A DNA stretch of 32,000 nucleotides from Fastidiosibacter lacustris (GTDB taxonomy: Bacteria; Pseudomonadota; Gammaproteobacteria; Francisellales; Francisellaceae). The notes under the pieces are model-generated. The model did not search any database. It was not told the origin of the DNA and saw only the letters and a list, made by a program, of their open reading frames with translations. The translations under genes and the position numbers were made by a program. Below, piece by piece: positions 18,106 through 25,439 of the stretch; the first letter of the stretch is position 1; each line of letters opens with the position of its first letter. The DNA is taken from positions 49,042-81,041 of the forward strand of contig NZ_QLIR01000009.1 in NCBI RefSeq assembly GCF_003428155.1. Reading direction: 5' to 3'.

Positions 18106-18188
18106 GTCATAAATATTATTAAGTAACATTGTCACTACCTATACTTTCACTTAAAATAGCGCCAACCATACCCTTTTGGGAAGAGTAT

Positions 18189-19706
18189 ATGTTAGAACAG
18201 TCTGAAATACAGTGTATTGAGCATTTTTTTGACTACTTACAACGTATTGGAAACCACTATGCCTTTATCTACAATAATGAAGCTTATCGCTATCAAATGC
18301 TGCATGATAATGCACTTAAAATAAGTAATTGGCTAATACAACAAAACTGCCATAGGCTTATGTTTTCAATTAGCAATTCACCTTTTTCAGTTGGATTATT
18401 TTTGGCTTCTTGGTTAAATGCAATTGAATGCTTCCCAGTTAATCCTCGCTTTATTTCAAATGAACTTCTTGGACTAGTTAAACGTGCTAAACCAAATTTA
18501 CTAATCATTGAATCGCAACAAAACTCAGATGTCCTGACCGCATATTGCCAAACTGAACGTATTAAACTCTATGTCGTTGATGCACCAATGAATTTTTTAA
18601 ACACAATTACTGGCACTCCAACTACAAAAAGAGCAGTAAACCCAATCCAACACAAAAAAGAAGGTATTACCTATCACATAAGCTCAGGCACAGGAGGACA
18701 TTATAATTTTCATGGTCATTACACCTCACAAATCTTAGCTTATGCCTACCAACGCCAATTTGATTATGGGCTTAAAAAAGGTGATTTGTCACTGGTACAC
18801 CTATCATTTAACCACGCATATGCTTTTTCTTATCAACTATTACCAAATATAGCACTTGGTAACAGTATGATTTTGGCACCAAGCTTTAATGCGAAAACCG
18901 CACTTCACTACATCAAACACTATGAAGTATCGGCTTTAGCGCTACTACCTACAATGTATTACCAACTATGTCAACAAGTCAAACAGAAAAGCTTAACCAA
19001 TCACCATTTAAGACACCTTAGCGTTGCAGGCGATCAACCCAATCCAATGCTCTTTCAACTGGTAAAAGACACATTTGATCAACCTTTATTAAATGGCTTA
19101 GGAATGACTGAAGTCTATGGTTATGCTCAAAACATTAGCAAGACGAATGAACATAATAAAATTAAACTTTTTGATGACGTAAAAATAAAAATTCAATCAC
19201 TTAAATCTCAGCAAGCTTACCCTTTAGAGCTTAAAAATACACCTTTCCCAATTGGAGAGATTTATATTCAAACACCAATACAGCCTATCTCTCATCAAGG
19301 AGTATGGCTCCCCACGGGAGATTATGGCTATGTAGATAATGAACATAACCTTTATTTTCTTGGTCGAATAAAAGATATTATTATCAAAGGCGGCTCGAAT
19401 ATTGCACCACTTGAGTTAGAACATTATCTCTATCAAATACCTCAAATCAAGCAGGCCGCTGTTGTGGGTCAGAAAAACGCTATTTGGGGGGAGCTTATCT
19501 GCGCTTGCCTGGTTTTAAAAGAAAATACCATATTAACGCTAGAACAAGTCAATCAATTTCTAAGCCAATACCTTGCACAATACAAGCATATTGATAAACT
19601 CTTTTACTATTCACAACTACCTATCAATATCACCGGAAAAATCGATCGCTATCGCCTTGTACGAGACATCAATAATGAAACAACTACCAAAATTTGCCTG
19701 CCTTGA
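18189..19706 (+). CDS. ANL-superfamily adenylate-forming enzyme (AMP-dependent synthetase/ligase), substrate unknown
   Basis: ANL core motifs present: GLGMTEVYG, LPTGDYGYVD, GRIKDIIIKGGSNIAPLELE and ITGKIDRYRL. The P-loop is atypical (SSGTGGHYNFHG). I prefer the ATG at 18189, which has GGGAAGAG just upstream. The ORF-track start at 18129 is a TTG. Confidence 0.85.
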   Translation: MLEQSEIQCIEHFFDYLQRIGNHYAFIYNNEAYRYQMLHDNALKISNWLIQQNCHRLMFSISNSPFSVGLFLASWLNAIECFPVNPRFISNELLGLVKRAKPNLLIIESQQNSDVLTAYCQTERIKLYVVDAPMNFLNTITGTPTTKRAVNPIQHKKEGITYHISSGTGGHYNFHGHYTSQILAYAYQRQFDYGLKKGDLSLVHLSFNHAYAFSYQLLPNIALGNSMILAPSFNAKTALHYIKHYEVSALALLPTMYYQLCQQVKQKSLTNHHLRHLSVAGDQPNPMLFQLVKDTFDQPLLNGLGMTEVYGYAQNISKTNEHNKIKLFDDVKIKIQSLKSQQAYPLELKNTPFPIGEIYIQTPIQPISHQGVWLPTGDYGYVDNEHNLYFLGRIKDIIIKGGSNIAPLELEHYLYQIPQIKQAAVVGQKNAIWGELICACLVLKENTILTLEQVNQFLSQYLAQYKHIDKLFYYSQLPINITGKIDRYRLVRDINNETTTKICLP

Positions 19707-21504
19707 AAATACACTTGATTCAAGCAAGCCAAGCTTCTACTTTGACAGCCCCGTTGATGAAATCTCATGTATTACCCCTATAAACATCAAAAGTGCATTG
19801 GATCAATTAGAGTCCCTACAGCAGCAAGGCTTATATCTTGTTGGGTATGTCAGTTATGAGGCAGCTTACTACCTCAATTCTGACTTTACATCTATGCAAG
19901 ACCAAGATGCTTCATTTTGTACCACTTTAATACATTTTGTAGCTTTTAAAAATTGCCAACTTCAATCATCTCAAAAGCAAAGTACATATTCAGTATTTCC
20001 TGCAATTGATATGATTCACGATTGTTTATCTTATAAGCAATACATGAAAGACTTTGCAGTCATTCAAAAAGCGCTCTTAGATGGTGAAAGTTATCAGATT
20101 AATTATACCAAACGTGTACAGCTTAGAAGTCCTCTTTCTGTTTTTGAACTTTATCAACAATTAAAGGCACAACAACCCGTTCAATATAGTGCTTTTTTAC
20201 CTTTTTCACCTGTGACTGTTTTATCTTTTTCACCTGAATTATTTTTTAAAAAAACAGCTAACCTCATAACAGTTAAGCCAATGAAAGGCACATCTGCTCG
20301 TTTTGATGATCCCGTGTTAGATCAAAATTCCTATACATTCTTAAAAAATGACTCTAAAAATAAAGCAGAGAATTTAATCATTATTGATTTGCTTCGCAAT
20401 GATTTAGCTCGTTTTTGTGAAACAGGAAGTATCGAGGTCATTGATGCCTTTGATATTGAAACTTATAAAAGCGTTTATCAAATGACCTCTACCTTATCCG
20501 CAAAACTTGCACCTGAAACTTCATTTTCTCACATCCTGAAAAACTTATTTCCTTGCGGCTCTATTACTGGGGCTCCTAAAAAGCGTACAATGGAATTCAT
20601 CAAAAATTTAGAACCTGCTCGCAATCTTTACACTGGTTGTATTGGTTATATCCTACCAAATAATGATATGTGTTTTAACGTTGCGATTCGTACTTTAAGC
20701 CAAAAACCAAATAACCTCTTTGAATGTGGCGTAGGTGGTGGCTTTACTATTCAATCTACTTGTGATGACGAGTGGCAAGAAATGCTTACAAAACTTACCT
20801 TTTTAAAACGCTGCTATCAACCTAGCTTTAACTTAATTGAAACCCTGTTGTATGATAGAAAAGGCTTTACTTCTTTAGACTTACATTTACAAAGGCTTAT
20901 ATATTCAGCACAGTGCTTACACTTTACCCTCAACCCAATGGATATTGAATCTGACCTTTTAAACTATGCCTTACAATATTTAAAAAATCAAAATAATAAA
21001 ACCTATAAGATAAGAGTAGAAGTAGATTATAAAGGTGGTTATAAAATTAGCCATCAAACTATTACCATACCTACCGAAAACACGGCTATAACAATCTATA
21101 TTTGCCCTGAAAAAATTGAATCCTCTCATCCATTATGGTTACATAAAACCACTGATAAAAGTACGCGTGGTTTTTATGAAACTATGCACAATAAATATTT
21201 AAATGGGGCAGAAGCTGCTGAGCTCATTTACATAAATGAAAAAGGTCACATCACAGAAGCTCGCTTTTACAACATTATTGTTGAGATCAATCATACACTT
21301 TTTACACCATCGCTTAGTGATGGTTTACTACCTGGTATCGCACGCTCTAAGATTATTAATAATGGTGTTATTGAGCGATCCATAACGCCAGATGAGCTAA
21401 CAACAGCAACGGCCATTTATTTAATTAACGATATACGCGGCAAAATACCGGTAACTTTAGCGCAAACCAAACTACCAATATTACTTAATACTCACAAAAA
21501 GTAA
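19675..21504 (+). CDS. pabB: Fused aminodeoxychorismate synthase component I / aminodeoxychorismate lyase (PabB-PabC)
   Basis: Chorismate-utilising enzyme motifs present: SYQINYTKR, PMKGT and GSITGAPK. The C-terminal ~200 aa resemble a fold-type IV aminotransferase, with a HKTTDKS lysine context. The start is set at ATG 19675 (MKQLPKF...), overlapping the ligase 3' end by 32 nt. Confidence 0.85.
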   Translation: MKQLPKFACLENTLDSSKPSFYFDSPVDEISCITPINIKSALDQLESLQQQGLYLVGYVSYEAAYYLNSDFTSMQDQDASFCTTLIHFVAFKNCQLQSSQKQSTYSVFPAIDMIHDCLSYKQYMKDFAVIQKALLDGESYQINYTKRVQLRSPLSVFELYQQLKAQQPVQYSAFLPFSPVTVLSFSPELFFKKTANLITVKPMKGTSARFDDPVLDQNSYTFLKNDSKNKAENLIIIDLLRNDLARFCETGSIEVIDAFDIETYKSVYQMTSTLSAKLAPETSFSHILKNLFPCGSITGAPKKRTMEFIKNLEPARNLYTGCIGYILPNNDMCFNVAIRTLSQKPNNLFECGVGGGFTIQSTCDDEWQEMLTKLTFLKRCYQPSFNLIETLLYDRKGFTSLDLHLQRLIYSAQCLHFTLNPMDIESDLLNYALQYLKNQNNKTYKIRVEVDYKGGYKISHQTITIPTENTAITIYICPEKIESSHPLWLHKTTDKSTRGFYETMHNKYLNGAEAAELIYINEKGHITEARFYNIIVEINHTLFTPSLSDGLLPGIARSKIINNGVIERSITPDELTTATAIYLINDIRGKIPVTLAQTKLPILLNTHKK

Positions 21505-21512
21505 GGTTTAAT

Positions 21513-22100
21513 ATGTTATTGTTTATTGATCACTACGATTCGTTTTCACACATCCTAATGGACTATTTTAAACGTCTTAGACAAGAAATTAGGCATATCA
21601 AAACAGACGAAGTTTCATCCAAATTTAAAATCAACTCATTTAAATACATTGTGATTGGACCAGGACCTGGTCACCCTAATGAATTGTTACATTTATACCC
21701 AATTATCCGTGAAGCAATCAATTTGAAAATACCTTTGTTAGGTGTATGTTTGGGGCATCAACTTCTTGCTCAATACTTTGGCGCTAAAGTCATTCACGCC
21801 AAACAAATTATGCACGGGCAATGCTCTGAAATTACGCATGATAACGATGAACTCTATAGAAATCTACCTAATAAAATATTGGTTACACGCTATCATTCCC
21901 TTATCGTTGCACATAATAGTTTACCACACACACTCAAAGGCATTGCTTATAGTCAAGATCATGAGCTTATGGCGTTTTGTCATAAGTCTTACCCAATTTA
22001 TGGCATTCAATACCACCCTGAAGCATATCTGACCGAATACGGTTTAAAGCTGTTACAAAACTTTCTTAGCATTCATCATATCCCTTTTGATCAGAAATAA
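21513..22100 (+). CDS. pabA: Aminodeoxychorismate/anthranilate synthase glutamine amidotransferase component II
   Basis: 195 aa class-I GATase with the catalytic Cys in GVCLGHQ and the His in QYHPE. It starts 8 nt after the pabBC stop. Confidence 0.9.
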   Translation: MLLFIDHYDSFSHILMDYFKRLRQEIRHIKTDEVSSKFKINSFKYIVIGPGPGHPNELLHLYPIIREAINLKIPLLGVCLGHQLLAQYFGAKVIHAKQIMHGQCSEITHDNDELYRNLPNKILVTRYHSLIVAHNSLPHTLKGIAYSQDHELMAFCHKSYPIYGIQYHPEAYLTEYGLKLLQNFLSIHHIPFDQK

Positions 22101-23109
22101 TTAAATGTCTTGCCAATGGTGCCGGTAGCGCATACTGCTTAATTGCGTTTTTATGCACCCAAATGCCCTGATGATTTATACAAGTCTTTTCATTTACCGC
22201 ATGAACTTTAATATCATAATTTAATTCAAAATGGGTAAAGATATGCCTTTGATCTTGGCATAGCATATGGGTATATTCTCCCAAATATAAATCTTCATCG
22301 GGCAATACATAAAGTCCTCCCCATATCCCTTTATTTGGTTTTTTAATGAGTAACAACTCATCTTGATAACAATACAAATAAAAACGCTTAGACCTTACAG
22401 GTTTTACTTTTTGTGGCTTTTTAACAGGATAATTCTTAACAACTTGGTTATTGTAAGCCAGGCACATATCATTTAATGGGCATTGAATACATTTTGGTCT
22501 TGTTCTAGTACAAAGTGCAGCACCAAAATCCATTTGCACTTGCGTATAAGCTTGAGTATTTTCTATTGGCATGAGTTTATTTGCCAATTGCCATAAATAC
22601 CTTTCCATACTTTTGTCATTTGGATGTACGCCAAGTTGAAATAGCCTTGCAAACACGCGCTTAACGTTTCCATCTAGAATTGGAGTGGGCTTGCTAAAAG
22701 CGATTGATAATATCGCATGTGCCGTTGAACGACCAATCCCTGGTAATGCCATTAATGTATCTACATCGTGTGGTAGCTTCCCTTGATGGAAATCACGCAT
22801 GATTTGTGCAGCCTTATGCAAATTCCTTGCTCTGGCATAGTAACCAAGTCCTGCCCAATACTGCATAACCTTATCTTGTTGCTCATTAGCAAGTGTTATA
22901 ATATCGGGAAAAACCTCAATAAATTTTAAAAAATAAGGAATAACTGTTTTAACTTGGGTTTGCTGAAGCATAATTTCAGATAACCAAACGTGATAAGGGC
23001 TAAAATCTCCTTGCCAGGGAAGGTTATGACGACCATATTTTTGATACCAGGTAAGGAGTGATTTTTGATAATAAGAAATATTAAAGTGAACATTAATTTC
23101 ATTAGTCAT
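22066..23109 (-). CDS. mutY: A/G-specific adenine DNA glycosylase
   Basis: HhH-GPD motif present (LPGIGRSTAHAILS), a 4Fe-4S cluster loop (CTRTRPKCIQCPLNDMC) and a C-terminal NUDIX-like domain. The start is set at ATG 23109 (MTNEINV...), overlapping the apt stop by 8 nt. Confidence 0.9.
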   Translation of the reverse strand: MTNEINVHFNISYYQKSLLTWYQKYGRHNLPWQGDFSPYHVWLSEIMLQQTQVKTVIPYFLKFIEVFPDIITLANEQQDKVMQYWAGLGYYARARNLHKAAQIMRDFHQGKLPHDVDTLMALPGIGRSTAHAILSIAFSKPTPILDGNVKRVFARLFQLGVHPNDKSMERYLWQLANKLMPIENTQAYTQVQMDFGAALCTRTRPKCIQCPLNDMCLAYNNQVVKNYPVKKPQKVKPVRSKRFYLYCYQDELLLIKKPNKGIWGGLYVLPDEDLYLGEYTHMLCQDQRHIFTHFELNYDIKVHAVNEKTCINHQGIWVHKNAIKQYALPAPLARHLIISDQKGYDEC

Positions 23110-23635
23110 ACTGAATAAGTGACTCAACTGCAATATCTTTAGGCATTTTAGCTCGCCCATTTAAACCCAATAGCTCAATAACAAATATAGAACCTAAAAC
23201 ATTTGCACCTGCTTTGTTCACCAACTCAACACAAGCAGAAGCCGTACCTCCTGTTGCCAATAAATCATCAACTAGTAACACTTGATCCTCTTTATTAAAA
23301 GCATCTTGATGCACTTCAAGTGTGTCAAAGCCATATTCAAGCTCATATTGACACTTATACACTGCTCTTGGCAACTTACCTTGTTTACGAATAGGTATAA
23401 AACCAATCGATAGATACTTTGCTAACCCCACTCCAAAGATAAAGCCTCGGCTTTCAGGTCCCGCAATTAGCGTAGGTCTATGAGGTAAATTTTCTATACG
23501 GTCAGCCATAAGCTTAGCAGTTAAACGTAACCCTTTCGGATCAGCTAATAAGGGAGTAATATCACGAAACAAAATCCCAGGTTTTGGAAAGTTTGGCACA
23601 GATTGGATCAACGATTGTAAAATTTGCACACTCAT
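23102..23635 (-). CDS. apt: Adenine phosphoribosyltransferase
   Basis: 177 aa with the PRPP-binding motif VLLVDDLLATGGT and the N-terminal FPKPGILFRDITPLL. Confidence 0.95.
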   Translation of the reverse strand: MSVQILQSLIQSVPNFPKPGILFRDITPLLADPKGLRLTAKLMADRIENLPHRPTLIAGPESRGFIFGVGLAKYLSIGFIPIRKQGKLPRAVYKCQYELEYGFDTLEVHQDAFNKEDQVLLVDDLLATGGTASACVELVNKAGANVLGSIFVIELLGLNGRAKMPKDIAVESLIQYD

Positions 23636-23888
23636 GAATCAGGAATTTATTACAAATAAAAATTGTTACTAATAGTATCATGATGATCAATGACTTTCTA
23701 GCGAACCATTCTTAGAACTTACCGTAAAATCGTTCTTTTGATTAAATACTACGTTAAACTTAAATGAACCCACATTTATAGTATGGGGAATTTGCTAGAT
23801 TAGAAATCGCATTTAAGCGTAAGTTTGATATAGATTGGTAGATGACGCAATCGAAAAATTAATACTAGGCTCCATTAAATGTGAATAA

Positions 23889-25388
23889 TTAGATTTCTAG
23901 TAACATCCTTGCTGGATCTTCGATCAACTCTTTGATTGTTTTTAAGAATTTAACAGATACACTACCATCAATAATCCTATGGTCATAGGAAAGTGCTAAA
24001 TACATAATAGGACGGATAACGATTTCACCATTGATAACAACTGGTCGCTCAACAATATTATGCATACCTAAAATCGCACTTTGTGGCGCATTGATAATTG
24101 GCGTCGATAGCATTGAACCATAGGTGCCACCATTGGTAATAGTGAAAGTTCCTCCTTGCATTTCTTCTAACGAAAGCTTACCATCACGTGCTTTAATCGC
24201 TTTTTCAACAATTTCGGTTTCAATCTTAGCAAAAGACTTCTGATTGGTATTGCGAATAACAGGAACAACCAAGCCGCGCTCTGAACCGACAGCGACACCA
24301 ATATCAAAATAACCATGGTAAACGATATCACTGCCATCAATAGAAGCATTAACCTCAGGAAAACGCTTTAAAGCTTCCGTTGCTGCTTTCAAGAAAAATG
24401 ACATAAATCCAAGCTTGGCATCATGTGTTTTTAGAAACAAATCCTTGTATTGTGACCTTAAATCCATCACTGGTTTCATATCTACTTCATTAAACGTCGT
24501 TAAAATTGCATTACTATGCTGCACATCAACCAAACGTTTAGCAATCGTTTGACGAAGACGAGTCATCCGTACACGTTTATCAGGTCGATCAGATGTAAAT
24601 TCAATTGAAGGTAAAGAAGATATAGAAGCTTGTAATGGTTTTGATACTGGTACATTGATTACGTCTTGCTTGGTAATACGACCATTTTTACCACTACCTT
24701 GTACATTTGCCAAATCAACATCATTTACCTTAACCGCACGGCGTACTGAGGGCGATAAATTATCGTTGGTTTGCTGTACGTTAGCAGATTGTTGATCTAC
24801 CACTAAAGCAGAACTTACATTCGATGAAACGCTACCTGCTGTAATCTCTGCAACTGCTTCAGCACTTAATACTGCATCACCCTCTGCTTTTAACCTTTTA
24901 GTTAACACACCTGATGCAGAAGCAGGGACTTCCATCATTACTTTATCCGTTTCAATTTCAACAATTGTTTCACCTTCTTCAACACGATCACCTGGCTTTT
25001 TATGCCAAGTTGCTACAGTACCTTCTGCTATTGATTCTGGAAAAGTGGGAGCATGAATAATTTCAGTAGTACCTTTCAGTTGAGTACTTGCTGCTGAAGC
25101 TGTATTTCCTTTTGCAATTGAAGGTTCTTTTACTGTTGACATTTGTTGTGTTTCATTTTCGGAAATAGTGCCAATGATTTCTTCAGAAACAACATTATCA
25201 CCTTCACCCTTCTTCACTTGCCCCATGATACCTGCATTCATCGCTGGCACTTCCATAACGACTTTATCGGTTTCAATTTCAGCTAATACATCACCTTCTT
25301 CAACACGATCACCTGGCTTTTTATGCCAAGTTGCTACAGTACCTTCTGCTATTGACTCCGGAAAAACAGGAACTTTTATATCTGCCAT
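23889..25388 (-). CDS. sucB: Dihydrolipoyllysine-residue succinyltransferase (E2o) with two lipoyl domains
   Basis: 499 aa with two N-terminal lipoyl domains, each containing [23 protein letters not shown]...EIETDKV. The catalytic domain has SYDHRIIDG. It lies directly downstream of sucA. Confidence 0.9.
   Translation of the reverse strand: MADIKVPVFPESIAEGTVATWHKKPGDRVEEGDVLAEIETDKVVMEVPAMNAGIMGQVKKGEGDNVVSEEIIGTISENETQQMSTVKEPSIAKGNTASAASTQLKGTTEIIHAPTFPESIAEGTVATWHKKPGDRVEEGETIVEIETDKVMMEVPASASGVLTKRLKAEGDAVLSAEAVAEITAGSVSSNVSSALVVDQQSANVQQTNDNLSPSVRRAVKVNDVDLANVQGSGKNGRITKQDVINVPVSKPLQASISSLPSIEFTSDRPDKRVRMTRLRQTIAKRLVDVQHSNAILTTFNEVDMKPVMDLRSQYKDLFLKTHDAKLGFMSFFLKAATEALKRFPEVNASIDGSDIVYHGYFDIGVAVGSERGLVVPVIRNTNQKSFAKIETEIVEKAIKARDGKLSLEEMQGGTFTITNGGTYGSMLSTPIINAPQSAILGMHNIVERPVVINGEIVIRPIMYLALSYDHRIIDGSVSVKFLKTIKELIEDPARMLLEI
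24970..25034 (-). repeat. 65-bp exact intragenic direct repeat, copy in lipoyl domain 2
   Basis: My base-by-base comparison shows 24970-25034 is identical to 25291-25355, offset by 321 bp (107 codons). Confidence 0.9.
25291..25355 (-). repeat. 65-bp exact intragenic direct repeat, copy in lipoyl domain 1
   Basis: Identical to 24970-25034. The flanking DNA encodes the similar EIETDKV segment but differs at many synonymous positions. Confidence 0.9.
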
Positions 25389-25439
25389 TTTTTCTACCCT
25401 TTTATCTTTTTTACTAAATCTATAAATAAAAATCTTGTC

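Noticed and set aside
19573-19674. Upstream in-frame extensions given by the ORF track: pabBC from 19573, sdhD from 31304, hprK from 12843, mutY from 23160, pgi from 4544, hpf from 13636, sdhC from 31621, trmL from 7786, MBL from 14811
   Set aside because: In each case the extension overlaps the preceding gene or uses a TTG. A downstream ATG with an SD-like sequence, or alignment to the expected family N-terminus, fits better. Starts remain predictions.
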